Assembly: GCA_034530875.2 (NCBI GenBank)
Contig: JAVRCJ020000006.1
Span: 192,001-256,000 of the forward strand
Reading direction: 5' to 3'
From: Nostoc sp. DedSLP01
GTDB taxonomy: Bacteria > Cyanobacteriota > Cyanobacteriia > Cyanobacteriales > Nostocaceae
Length of the DNA: 64,000 bases
Below, in pieces: positions 50,586 to 60,903 of the stretch (the stretch's first letter is position 1; every line of letters begins with the position of its first letter). Made by a program: the position numbers and the translations under genes. The notes under the pieces are model-generated. The model had not been told where the DNA came from. It searched no databases and saw nothing but the letters and a program-made list of their open reading frames with translations.

Positions 50586-51947
50586 CTATTCAACTCTTGC
50601 TTTAATTCCTCTTTTCTCTAGCAATCGCATGTGTTTTTCTACTTGTTGTTTAGTCTTAAAAGCACCGAGAAAAATCAATTTTTTGTCAGGTGATAAATAA
50701 GCATCGGGGATAACTTGCCGTGCTGAGGCTAAAGCACGGTCTTGATTATCTATCACTACATGATATAGCCCATCTATAGATGGTTTGATTTCTGGATTTG
50801 GTTCGGGTGAAGTTTTTGCCTTTGGACTGGGGGATGAATTTACTGTAGGTAAAGCCTTTGGCTTCGGTAGAGGTGCGACAGCGATGGGATTGGTCGGCTT
50901 TAGAGGTGTAACGGACTCAGGCAATGGGGCTGGAGGATTTACAGGGTTTTGGGGAACGACTGGATTTGTGACTACTGGGGAGGTTGGTTCGGCTTTGGGT
51001 TTTAAGGCAATTAGATCGTTGGGGTCTTTGACTTCAGGAAACTCTTCAGCCGCAAGATTGGGATATTTGGGTATAGATGTGCTTGGTGGCTGGATCTGCT
51101 GCGGTTGGACGTTACTGCCAACTTCTGGAGTATTGTCTGCTGGGGCAGACGGCTTACTATTAAATAAGTTGGCTAAATTCCACTGTGGCAAGCTTTTAGG
51201 ATTTAAAACTATATAACCTAACGTCAGACTTGCCACCAATAGCAGCAACATAGAGCCGATACCCAAAGGCGATAGCAGACTATCGCTATAATTACTTGGC
51301 TTTTTAGTTTGTGGCTGTTCTTCTGTCAAACTTCGCAGCAGTGCTTCACTAGATTCCAAATAGTCATCTGGCGGCTTCACCCCATCATCTGGCTGTACTA
51401 GATTTTCGCTCTTAGTATCTTGAACGGTGGCTGGCACAATACTGGTACTAAAGTTGGGCGGTGGCGGTGGAAGTGGAGTTGATTTTTTAGCAGAATCCAA
51501 GCTAGGTGCAGCATTGTTAAGATTATTCACTTCCTCAGTATTTGCCGTTACTGCTTCTGGGTTCCTCTGAGGATTCGCGGTTACAGATATCGGTGGTTCG
51601 TCAATTTTTACTACAGATGGCGCTGGAGTGACCTGAGGATTTATAGGTACAGATACAGGTGCAGGTGGTGGAGGTGGTGGCGGTAAATTGATTTTAGTTT
51701 CTGTTACTGATGGTGCAGTTGTACTTGATGGTGTAGAAACGGTAGTGAAGTGTTGGGGTTGACTGCTAATGTAACTCCCTACACGCAATTGGTTCGAGGG
51801 TGCCAAGACAGTTCGCATACGTCGGTATCGAGCTAACTCTTGATCTAGCGGCACCTCTAAACTTGCTAGTGCTGCTGCTAGTGCTGGTTTCAGACCAGCT
51901 ATTTTAGACGATTGGTTACCGGAATCATTCAGGGGATTTTGAGTCAT
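50586..51947 (-). CDS. Pro-rich bitopic membrane protein with possible C-terminal SPOR-like domain
   Basis: LDQELARYRR, DDYLESSEALL, single TM, C-terminal IFLGAFKTKQQ..LEKRGIKARV. Confidence 0.7.
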   Translation of the reverse strand: MTQNPLNDSGNQSSKIAGLKPALAAALASLEVPLDQELARYRRMRTVLAPSNQLRVGSYISSQPQHFTTVSTPSSTTAPSVTETKINLPPPPPPPAPVSVPINPQVTPAPSVVKIDEPPISVTANPQRNPEAVTANTEEVNNLNNAAPSLDSAKKSTPLPPPPPNFSTSIVPATVQDTKSENLVQPDDGVKPPDDYLESSEALLRSLTEEQPQTKKPSNYSDSLLSPLGIGSMLLLLVASLTLGYIVLNPKSLPQWNLANLFNSKPSAPADNTPEVGSNVQPQQIQPPSTSIPKYPNLAAEEFPEVKDPNDLIALKPKAEPTSPVVTNPVVPQNPVNPPAPLPESVTPLKPTNPIAVAPLPKPKALPTVNSSPSPKAKTSPEPNPEIKPSIDGLYHVVIDNQDRALASARQVIPDAYLSPDKKLIFLGAFKTKQQVEKHMRLLEKRGIKARVE

Positions 51948-52027
51948 TGCTTCTCTACCTCAAAAGTAGATTACTGGAATTAACTGTAAACATATTTGTG
52001 CCAATATTAGCGAAAATTACTGAGAAA

Positions 52028-52151
52028 ATGGGTATGGGGAAATAGGGAGATGGGGAAGTCGGGGAAGAAAGAGAATTTATGCTTCCCGCACCTCCCTCTC
52101 CTCCCACACTTCCCACACCTCCCACACCTCCCCATCTCCCCATTCCCCACC
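52028..52151. repeat. G-rich/C-rich modular hairpin repeat
   Basis: Inverted relative of 26143-26258 (GAAAGAGAATTTATGC; CCCACACCT units). Confidence 0.75.
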
Positions 52152-52160
52152 TTATTAATA

Positions 52161-52703
52161 ATGTCGTTGAAATCACTTAATGATATTTTGGATGTTCTCG
52201 AAAAGCAGGCTCAATGGCAGGAGCAGCCATTTCAACGCCTGGTTAAGTTTTGGCCAGAGCTTGTTGGCCCTGTGGTTGCGGCACATACTCGACCATTGTC
52301 GATTCAGCGCGATGTTTTGTGGGTAGCAACTTCTAGTGCAGCTTGGGCACAAAATCTGACTTTTAGTCGCTCGTCGCTGCTTTTAAAGTTGAATCAAAAG
52401 CTACCAGCACCTTTAGTTGATATTCGCTTCTCAACTGCTGGCTGGCAGCAGCCATCTGCGGAAAACAAACAGCAACAAACAACTTTGCCCGACGAGCATC
52501 CTAGTTATGTAGGCGATCGCATTAGTTCTGGTAATACTAAGCCTAGTAGTCAAGATGCGAATGCTGCTTTTGAGGATTGGGCTAAGATGGTGCAAGGGCG
52601 ATCGCATGGCTTACCCCTTTGCCCACAGTGTCAATCCCCCACTCCCTCTGGGGAACTCCAGCGCTGGGGAGTCTGTTCTATCTGTGCTGCTAAGAAATTT
52701 TGA
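52161..52703 (+). CDS. DUF721 / DciA-like protein with C-terminal Zn ribbon
   Basis: WPELVGPVVAAHTRP, LWVATSSAAWAQNL, DIRF; CPQC..CSIC. Confidence 0.85.
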   Translation: MSLKSLNDILDVLEKQAQWQEQPFQRLVKFWPELVGPVVAAHTRPLSIQRDVLWVATSSAAWAQNLTFSRSSLLLKLNQKLPAPLVDIRFSTAGWQQPSAENKQQQTTLPDEHPSYVGDRISSGNTKPSSQDANAAFEDWAKMVQGRSHGLPLCPQCQSPTPSGELQRWGVCSICAAKKF

Positions 52704-53103
52704 GTTCAAAAGTCACAGCAGATTACTACACAATAGTTCTAATTCTGGAGAAAAAAGATATTTTCCTGGCAAAATACTGCTACTTTGATATAACGTTAGC
52801 CTATTTATCTCGAATTCTCTCCCTTCAGCTATCCTTAAAGAGGAAGTTAAAAGATTAAATAAATCAAAATCTTTACTTTTACTCTTGATCCCTAATAAGT
52901 TTTAGCCAAAATCTATAGGTATCCACTCTAAACAACATTGAAAAATATAACAAGAATATAAAAACATCCTAAAATTTATTTGTTCGTGGGGATCGCTGAA
53001 ACCTAGAGTAAATAATGACTTTTTGGCTTTCCTCCGTCTTTATATATAGAAGCAAAATATAAGGGTGAAATTCAGCCTGAAACGGCGCTAATGATAAACC
53101 CAA

Positions 53104-53418
53104 ATGAAACCCATTAAATTTTTAGCATCTGCCTGTAGATATTGCCGCCATTACCAACCAGAAGGACGTCGTGGCGGTATGTGTCAGCAATTGGGAGCGC
53201 CAGTTCAAGCAAGTTGGAAGGCTTGCTCTTTAGCGATCCCAGCTTTTGCACCTTCTTGGGAAACTTTAGAAGATGCTTGGGGTTTGCCAGATGCAAAACC
53301 TGTTTTAGCTTCTTGTCAATCTATAGCCTCAGACTTAGATAATACAGATCTTAGTCTTGTTGAAGAAACAACTGTCTCTACTTGCCAAGAAGCTGAGACT
53401 AACACTGTGCTTATTTAG
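53104..53418 (+). CDS. Small Cys-rich hypothetical protein
   Basis: CRYCRHY..GGMC..WKAC then acidic tail. Confidence 0.75.
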   Translation: MKPIKFLASACRYCRHYQPEGRRGGMCQQLGAPVQASWKACSLAIPAFAPSWETLEDAWGLPDAKPVLASCQSIASDLDNTDLSLVEETTVSTCQEAETNTVLI

Positions 53419-53505
53419 TCACTCATTATTACTGGACTGAGTTTGCAGTCTGCTTAAAATAAAATTTGTTTTTAAGATTTTTAGTGCTGTAAAGTTTAAC
53501 ATCTA

Positions 53506-53540
53506 CAAAAATCGCACCCTTGGGAAAGGTGCGATTTTTG
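53506..53540. terminator. Bidirectional terminator between convergent genes
   Basis: CAAAAATCGCACC...GGTGCGATTTTTG. Confidence 0.75.
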
Positions 53541-53545
53541 CAATT

Positions 53546-54379
53546 TTAAGGTAACCAAGGAAAAGAGCGAAAATCTGGCGGACGTTTTTCTAGAAATGCT
53601 TTTTTGCCCTCAGACCCTTCTTCTGTCATGTAATACAGTAGGGTGGCATTGCCAGCGAGTTCTTGTAAACCAGCTTGTCCGTCACAATCGGCATTGAATG
53701 CTGCTTTGAGACACCGAATTGCGATCGGACTTTTTTCTAAAATCTCTTGCGCCCATTTAATGCCTTCCGCTTCTAGTTGTTCAACTGGGACGATGCAATT
53801 AATTAAACCCATTTCTAGGGCTTGTTGTGCATTATATTGACGGCAGAGAAACCAAATTTCTCGTGCTTTTTTTTGCCCTACAATGCGAGCAAGATAGCTG
53901 GCACCAAAACCCCCATCAAAACTGCCCACTTTCGGGCCAGTCTGTCCGAAAATGGCGTTATCTGCGGCGATGGTGAGGTCACAAATCAAGTGTAGGACAT
54001 GTCCGCCACCGATCGCATATCCGGCAACCAAAGCAATTACTACTTTCGGCATCGAACGAATCAAGCGTTGCAAATCCAACACATTTAACCGGGGTACGCC
54101 AGAATCATCCACATAACCAGCATGTCCCCGCACGCTTTGATCGCCACCAGCACAGAAGGCATATTTACCATCAGTGTGCGGGCCGTAACCAGTAAAGAGA
54201 ACAACACCTATAGTAGTATCTTCACGCGCATCACAAAAAGCATCGTAAAGTTCAAAGACAGTTTTGGGGCGGAAAGCATTGCGTTTGTGGGGACGATTGA
54301 TGGTAATTTTCGCAATGCCATCAGTTTTTTGATACAGGATATCTTCGTAGGATTTGGCAGTTTGCCAGTCGATTTGCAT
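53546..54379 (-). CDS. menB: 1,4-dihydroxy-2-naphthoyl-CoA synthase
   Basis: [37 protein letters not shown]. Confidence 0.97.
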   Translation of the reverse strand: MQIDWQTAKSYEDILYQKTDGIAKITINRPHKRNAFRPKTVFELYDAFCDAREDTTIGVVLFTGYGPHTDGKYAFCAGGDQSVRGHAGYVDDSGVPRLNVLDLQRLIRSMPKVVIALVAGYAIGGGHVLHLICDLTIAADNAIFGQTGPKVGSFDGGFGASYLARIVGQKKAREIWFLCRQYNAQQALEMGLINCIVPVEQLEAEGIKWAQEILEKSPIAIRCLKAAFNADCDGQAGLQELAGNATLLYYMTEEGSEGKKAFLEKRPPDFRSFPWLP

Positions 54380-54436
54380 TGGTATAGAGTGCGCTGTTGC
54401 TTAGAGAATTTTATCGCGGAGTTGGGGAGTTGCGAT

Positions 54437-54457
54437 ACCTGCGGTGGGCTATGCCTA
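54437..54457. mobile_element. 21-bp SDR5-like element inserted into a HIP1 site
   Basis: GCGAT|ACCTGCGGTGGGCTATGCCTA|CGC. Confidence 0.8.
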
Positions 54458-54515
54458 CGCTAAGATTAATTTCTCAAGCTTTACAATCAGGGCTGGTAAT
54501 TAATTAGCCATAAAA

Positions 54516-55339
54516 ATGCGGCGTGACTCCATCTTCTACAAATTATTCAAGCAATTTCCAGGCTTGCTGTTTGATTTGGTAGACCAACCACCCCCAGAAG
54601 CGGCAGACTACCAGTTTGAATCGGTTGAGGTTAAAGAAACAGCGTTTCGGATTGATGGAGTATTTCTACCTCCCGCCAATGCTGCATCTAAAATTGTTTT
54701 CTTTGCTGAACTTCAGTTTCAGAAGGACGAAGATTTATATCACCGCTTCTTTAGCGAATTGTTTTTGTTTCTTTATCGTCACTCAATTCGTTACGATGAC
54801 TGGTTTGGAGTAGTAATTTTTCCTTCTCGCAGTCTGGAACATCAAATTTAATGATTCACCGTGCTTTGTTAGAAAGCGGACAAGTCAGGCGAGTTTATCT
54901 CGATGAGTTGGGAGATTTACGACAACAACCTTTAGGATTGGGTTTAATGTTGCTAACAAATGTTACTGCTGAAACTGAAGCAGTAGAGGGGGCGCGGTTT
55001 TTGCTTGAACAAGCACGGCAGCAATCAGAGCAAGCAATAATAGATTTAGTGACGACTATTATTGTTTACAAGTTTTCTAACCTGAGTCGAGAGGAGATTG
55101 AAGCGATGTTGGGACTGAATCAACAAGAGCCACGGGCTATTCGGGAAGCTAAGGAAGAAGGAGAAAGAATAATAGTTTTACGACAATTAAATCGGCGTGT
55201 GGGCAATATTCCGGATGCGGTTCTGTCCCAGATTCAAGGGTTATCGGTGGAACAATTGGAAGCTTTAGCTGATGCTTTATTGGATTTTTCTACTCTTGCT
55301 GATTTGCAAGGGTGGTTACAAGGTGAAGTAAGAGGGTAA
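54516..55339 (+). pseudogene. Rpn family (DUF2887 + DUF4351) gene split by a 1-bp frameshift
   Basis: ORFs 54516-54851 (DSIFYKLF, FRIDGVF, FAELQFQKD) and 54851-55339; adding one C near 54840 gives continuous SLEPSNLMIHRALL. Confidence 0.8.
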
Positions 55340-55500
55340 ATTTCACGCAGAGGCGCAGAGGCGCAGAAAGGAAAAAGGCGATGCTCATTCTACTTCGATC
55401 TCAGAAGTTTTTAAGAGCAAGGCTGGATCGTGGATTTGTTTAATTATTTTTGAATAGTTGCAAAATGTGTGATTGTTTACATTGATTGCTTAGTTTAGAT

Positions 55501-57309
55501 TCAATTGCCGAGATCGGCATTGGTAGCAAAGTTTCTTAAATTATCTTGTCGCCATTTTGCATCGGCTTTGCGATTTGTCTGCAACTCTAAAACCCGAATT
55601 CCTGTAGTTGGTAGCGGGTTTAATCTTTGCTGCAATTCTTCCCAAGAAGTAATTAATTCATGCTGCACATTATAAGTAGCACATACCTGGGCGAAATTAA
55701 TATCTTGGGGAGTGCCAAAAAACTCTTCAAATGGTGGCTCAAATTTGGCGATGGGTAACATTTCAAAAATTCCACCACCATTGTTATTAATTAACACAAT
55801 TGTCAGATGTCCCACAAATTTATTGCGGATTAAAAAACCGTTGGTGTCATGCAATAAAGCTAAATCTCCTGTTAGCATCACACTACTTTGCCGACGATGG
55901 GCAATTCCTAAAGCTGTGGATAATGTGCCGTCAATACCATTTGCACCCCGGTTAAAATACGATCGCACTCTCAAATTATTTGGTTTCCAGAAAAATTCCA
56001 CATCCCGCACAGGCATACTATTAGCAATAAACAGTGGCGTTCCTGGTGGTAGCGTCTGAGAAATTAACCAAGCTGCTTTACCCTCAAATAATTCCTCCAT
56101 ATTCCCCATCGTTTGGTCAACAGCTTTTCTAACTTGCGTTTCTGCTGCACACCACTGATGGAGATAATCCGGAGAAGAAGACGCGGAGAGTCTTTGTAAT
56201 AAATTCCCCGCGTCCCCGTGTACCCGCGTCCCCGCGTCCTCTTCATCTTGCCAAAAAAGCTGTTCTACCGTTATTCGCAAGTGCGTCGTCCTTCCATGCA
56301 GAGGGTCGAGGTTTTGGTTGCTGTTATCAATTACCCAGCGTCGAGGTTGGCTTGCATCTATCCAAGTACGTAATTCTTTACTAGTAGGCATTTCTCCTAT
56401 TTGAATCACCATTTGGGGTGCTAGCTGTTTGGCTAGTTGCTGATTTCGCAAAATCAGGTCATACGTAGAGATTAAATAGGGGTTGAGGTCAGCATAATTT
56501 CTCAGTGGCGAAAGTCCCTCTGCTAAAACAGGCCATTGGAGAGTTTGGGAAAGTTGGGCGATCGCTCTACAATACTCCTCTGGTTGCTGTGGTTGGGCTA
56601 CACCTGCAATAATAATGCCGCGATCGCATTGTTTCCATTCTTGAGGAATGGGGTATGAGGCATGGGGCTTATGGCATTGGGTAATGTTTGCAATTCCCGC
56701 AAAGAATTCTTCTGGCTGAAATTGGGGCTGTAAAAAACTCAAGTCACTTCCATCGGGAACGGGTGCTAAAGGATCGCGAAAGGGAATATTTAAATGTACC
56801 GCGCCTTTCGTTGGGATTTGCGTCATTTCCCAACTATGAATTACCATTTGTCGCAGATAAGCTAACATTCCCATATCAGCAGAGGGTAAGGCTAACTCGG
56901 CTTGCCAATTTGGGTAATTGCCATACAATCTCAACTGGTCTATAGTTTGCCCGGAGTGACAATCTCGCAGTTCTGGCGGTCTATCGGTGGTTAACACTAA
57001 AAGCGGTACGCGGCTATATGAGGCTTCGATTATTGCTGGATAAAAGTTTGCCCCGGCTGTACCAGAAGTGCAAAGAACTACCACAGGGCGTCCGGTAGCT
57101 TTAGCTTGTCCTAAAGCAAAAAAGGCAGCGGAGCGTTCGTCAAGCACGGAAATTGCTTCAATCTCAGGTGCTTGTTGAGCAAATGCTACTGCTAAGGGTG
57201 TGGAACGCGAACCAGGGCAAATAATCGCACAAGTCAATCCCAGTTGTTTTAGCGTTTCTGTTAAGATATAAGCCCAAAGTTGATTAACATTTTTAAAGGC
57301 GATCGGCAT
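55501..57309 (-). CDS. menD: SEPHCHC synthase
   Basis: CPGSRSTPL, DERSAAFFALG, CTSGTA, DRPPEL, NSMPVRD, NRGANGIDG, GDLALLHD, NNNGGGIF. Confidence 0.96.
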   Translation of the reverse strand: MPIAFKNVNQLWAYILTETLKQLGLTCAIICPGSRSTPLAVAFAQQAPEIEAISVLDERSAAFFALGQAKATGRPVVVLCTSGTAGANFYPAIIEASYSRVPLLVLTTDRPPELRDCHSGQTIDQLRLYGNYPNWQAELALPSADMGMLAYLRQMVIHSWEMTQIPTKGAVHLNIPFRDPLAPVPDGSDLSFLQPQFQPEEFFAGIANITQCHKPHASYPIPQEWKQCDRGIIIAGVAQPQQPEEYCRAIAQLSQTLQWPVLAEGLSPLRNYADLNPYLISTYDLILRNQQLAKQLAPQMVIQIGEMPTSKELRTWIDASQPRRWVIDNSNQNLDPLHGRTTHLRITVEQLFWQDEEDAGTRVHGDAGNLLQRLSASSSPDYLHQWCAAETQVRKAVDQTMGNMEELFEGKAAWLISQTLPPGTPLFIANSMPVRDVEFFWKPNNLRVRSYFNRGANGIDGTLSTALGIAHRRQSSVMLTGDLALLHDTNGFLIRNKFVGHLTIVLINNNGGGIFEMLPIAKFEPPFEEFFGTPQDINFAQVCATYNVQHELITSWEELQQRLNPLPTTGIRVLELQTNRKADAKWRQDNLRNFATNADLGN

Positions 57310-57610
57310 CCAATCAAACATAGCTATAAAACAATCCTAAATTTTAGATTTTGTTTAGGGAAATTCAATTTAAAATCCTTTTTGGAAAGTTGGGCAAGGG
57401 AAAGTCCGAGGCTCGATTTTTAACCTTTAGAGGTTCAAAAACAGCTTTCCCTCACAAATCCGGGGATGGAAACTCATACTGCCACACGAGTTTGTTGGCA
57501 AAAAATTTCCACACAGGCTAGCTTGACGCCAGTTGATTCAACTTTGGGAAACTTCACAACGCAGTTACTACATTTACTAGAAAATACACACGATTGGCTC
57601 TCAAACTTTT

Positions 57611-57979
57611 ATGGATTGCATTTATTTAACAGGAATTCGCGGCTATGGCTACACTGGGTATCTGTCAGAAGAACAGGTGCTAGGACAATGGTTTGAGGTG
57701 GATGTGAAGTTATGGTTGGATATCTCCATAGCGGCTAAGACTGACGCGATCGAAGACACTTTAGATTATCGCAGCGTTATTAGGCTGGTACAACATCTGC
57801 TCAAAACTTCTAAGTTCGCTTTGGTAGAGAAATTAGCAATGGCGATCGCAGATTCTATTCTGCAAGAATACGATCGCATAACACAAGTCCAAGTCATTCT
57901 CAGTAAACCTGCCGCACCGATTCCCGACTTTGATGGCAGAATTAGCATTGAAGTGACTAAAACTAAGTCCAATCTCTAA
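57611..57979 (+). CDS. folB: Dihydroneopterin aldolase
   Basis: YGYTG..EE..LGQWFEVD, DTLDY, LVEKLA, KPAAP. Confidence 0.95.
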   Translation: MDCIYLTGIRGYGYTGYLSEEQVLGQWFEVDVKLWLDISIAAKTDAIEDTLDYRSVIRLVQHLLKTSKFALVEKLAMAIADSILQEYDRITQVQVILSKPAAPIPDFDGRISIEVTKTKSNL

Positions 57980-58227
57980 ACCACGGCAGAGAAGGGAGGG
58001 GGCAGAGGAGCAGGGGAGCAGAGGGGGAGAGAACAAAGCTTAACTGAACGGTATTGATTTATTCTCCCCCAACACGCACTCGTTCTCATAACCTAAAATA
58101 AAAAAGCGAAGTCTTGGGCAAAGATTTAGTTTAAGTTGTTAGCTTCAGCTGACAAAGATAAATGCGTTAGATGATGGGCTGGCATCATTACTGAATAGTG
58201 TTTGATTTCTAAACCGATACTATTAAT

Positions 58228-58351
58228 TAAGTAGGCAGACATAATTAAATGTAAAATCCAAAGGAGCGAAACCTTTTACTATTGCTTTTACTATTGATGG
58301 TTTTACCTTCTGCCTCCTGCCTCCTACCTTTTGCCTCCTGCCTCCTACTTA
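58228..58351. mobile_element. MITE-like element with TAAGTAGG..CCTACTTA ends
   Basis: 8-bp perfect terminal inverted repeat; inverted homologue of 34008-34112. Confidence 0.7.
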
Positions 58352-58364
58352 ATAGCAATCTGCA

Positions 58365-58925
58365 ATGGAAAAAACCGAAAAACAGAAAATGCTAGCAGGT
58401 GAGTTATACCTTGCAGAAGATCCTGAATTGGCTGCGGAAAATAAACGAGCCAGTCGTCTGTTGCGAAAATATAATTCTACAACTGAAGAACAGCAACAAC
58501 AACGACAACAAATTTTGCAGGAATTATTAGGAAAAGTTGGTCAACAAATAACAGTCGTACCACCTTTTCACTGTGACTATGGTAGTAATATTTTCGCTGG
58601 CGATAGATTATATCTTAACTATGGGTGTGTAGTTTTAGACTGTAATACAGTTCACATTGGTGATAATGTCTTATGCGCTCCTTACGTGCAAATTTATACT
58701 GCATATCATCCTACAGACCCAGAAATTCGCCTTTCTGGTAGAGAACTAGCAGCACCAATTAAGATTGGTAATAACGTTTGGATTGGTGGCGGTGCAATTA
58801 TTTGTCCGGGCGTAACTATTGGGGATAACACAACCATTGGTGCTGGTAGCGTAGTTACAAAAGATATACCTGAAAATGTTATTGCTGTCGGCAATCCTTG
58901 TCGGGTGATTCGGAATTTAGCTTAA
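58365..58925 (+). CDS. maa: Sugar (maltose) O-acetyltransferase
   Basis: [47 protein letters not shown]. Confidence 0.88.
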   Translation: MEKTEKQKMLAGELYLAEDPELAAENKRASRLLRKYNSTTEEQQQQRQQILQELLGKVGQQITVVPPFHCDYGSNIFAGDRLYLNYGCVVLDCNTVHIGDNVLCAPYVQIYTAYHPTDPEIRLSGRELAAPIKIGNNVWIGGGAIICPGVTIGDNTTIGAGSVVTKDIPENVIAVGNPCRVIRNLA

Positions 58926-58928
58926 AAT

Positions 58929-59309
58929 TTAAAATTTATACCCTCTACCAAGCCAATACAACCAATCTGCGATCGCTTCTTCAGTTTCGCTATCAACATC
59001 AATGGCTACTATCTCCGATAGCTTGGCAGTATATACATCATCATCCTTACCGCCAATATAAGCCACTTCTACATACATATCTTTTAAGCACTCATCATCT
59101 GGTGCCATTCCCAAAACTTCCACTGGTTTCTCTTCAGTTGAACCTGATTTACGGTTCTTCTTTTTCCATTTACCCATAAACGGAAAATTCAGAGTTTCTT
59201 CCAGATAGTAGTACCAACCCATGGCCCGGTCTTCTTTGTCTTCAGCATCTGCAATAATCTCTGTTTGAATGCGATGCTCTCGGTTTTCGTTAAGTTCAAC
59301 ACTAGGCAT
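58929..59309 (-). CDS. ccbP: Calcium-binding protein CcbP
   Basis: ATG 59309; REHRIQTEIIADAEDKEDRAMGWYYYL..VEVLGMAPDDECLKDMYVEV..AIADWLYWLGRGYKF. Confidence 0.92.
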   Translation of the reverse strand: MPSVELNENREHRIQTEIIADAEDKEDRAMGWYYYLEETLNFPFMGKWKKKNRKSGSTEEKPVEVLGMAPDDECLKDMYVEVAYIGGKDDDVYTAKLSEIVAIDVDSETEEAIADWLYWLGRGYKF

Positions 59310-60219
59310 AAGACAACGGTTTGCGTAGGATGCACTATATGGTATATCGTTTTGGCGGCTGTCTGTCAATTTCCTAATTGCTACTTCCATCTTTTTAAGT
59401 TGGAGTGGGGGTAGGAGTTGAAACTGACAGACCGACGCAAACAATAAAGCTTGCAAAACTTTTGTGATAGACCACTAGTAGTGTATCAAGTTAACGAAAG
59501 CCCAAAATAAAATTGTTGACTGTTGACTGTTCGCAGTTAACCATCAACAGGCAACAGTCAAGAAGAATCTACAAATGTACTCTGACTTTCACAAAAGAAA
59601 TAGGATTGCTATATACAATTTATTTTTAACAACATCATATATAAAGAATGCTTTATATATTAAGCTTTATACGCAATTACAATCATGATATATATTTATA
59701 CCAATGTAACTGTCTTGAGATTTTTAAGTATATGAATAAAAATATGGTATTAAATTGACATTTACTTTAAAAAAGCTTTAAAAAATATTATTTTAGTGTT
59801 TTTTTAGTTAATTTATCGGGTTTAACTAATCAACTAATAATAGGCTTTCAAAAATGATGGTACTGTATAAAAAATATTTCTATATAATTATCATTAACAT
59901 CTATGTAGTATATTGTATTTACAGGTAAATAACTGGTTATCTAAATTATTTGTTTGCAAGACTTCACAAAAAAAAATTCCAAAAAATTAAAATTTTGATG
60001 AAATTTTAGGAATTTCAAACATTAATTTAATCATTTTTATAAAATAAATAGGTATCAAATCCTGGCTTTTATAACTATGCTGAATGAAAGTATATCTTCT
60101 CAGTTGTGCTTGTCAATTCTCAGAATTTTTTAAATGTTATTAAGCTGAAAATCAAATTGATTCTGGAAAATAGAGTCAATTTAATTGTTAATTAAAAAAC
60201 CACAAAAAAAGGGAGATCT

Positions 60220-60903
60220 ATGCATTTTTCTCACATTACAGGAATTGTTAGTTGTACGGTAGCAGCTTTTATATCGATTGCGCCTATACAAGCGGAAGCT
60301 GCAACTTTTAAAGTGGAATCTGGAGTCACTAGTATCGATCGCGATCACGAAAATATTCTTAAAAATCTTGGGCTACCCATCACAAATACTCAGGATACAG
60401 TCCCACCGATTCCCAGCAATTACTTAGTTGGCTTTCAAATTGACTCAGATACTAACTTCACCTTCAGCGACGAAGGTGGTTTCACTCCACTCTTCGGTAC
60501 AATCGAACATACTGGTACTGTTACCATCAAAAATCAAATTACTGTTGGTAAATTTTCAATTGGTTTTGCTTCGGGACGCACTGTATCTAATGCCAGTGGA
60601 CTTGTTTTAAGAGACACAGTTTCTTCTATAAATCCAATTTTGTTTGACTTAAGTGCCCCGCAATCCGTAATATTTGACGAACAAAATTTAACTCTCACCC
60701 TAGCTGATGTTCAATTATTAATTTCTCCAGAGTTTGCTCAGCAGCTTGGCAACTCTAATTTGGCAGGTTTATTTGCTGGAACTGCACGAATTGATGCTAA
60801 AGTAGCTGCCGTACCCGAACCTGGAAGTGCCTTAGCAATTTTGGCAGCAGGTGCGGCTTTGTTGGCAGCTAGATTTTCGACTCAAAAAACTAAATACATT
60901 TAA
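60220..60903 (+). CDS. PEP-CTERM secreted protein
   Basis: Signal peptide (AEA); C-terminal VPEPGSALAILAAGAALLAARF..KTK. Confidence 0.85.
   Translation: MHFSHITGIVSCTVAAFISIAPIQAEAATFKVESGVTSIDRDHENILKNLGLPITNTQDTVPPIPSNYLVGFQIDSDTNFTFSDEGGFTPLFGTIEHTGTVTIKNQITVGKFSIGFASGRTVSNASGLVLRDTVSSINPILFDLSAPQSVIFDEQNLTLTLADVQLLISPEFAQQLGNSNLAGLFAGTARIDAKVAAVPEPGSALAILAAGAALLAARFSTQKTKYI

Noticed and set aside
57395..57470. GGGAAAGTCCG motif resembling RNase P RNA or a cobalamin riboswitch
   Set aside because: None of the other conserved elements of either RNA follow
59310..59456. N-terminal extension of ccbP in the ORF track
   Set aside because: CcbP similarity begins at ATG 59309
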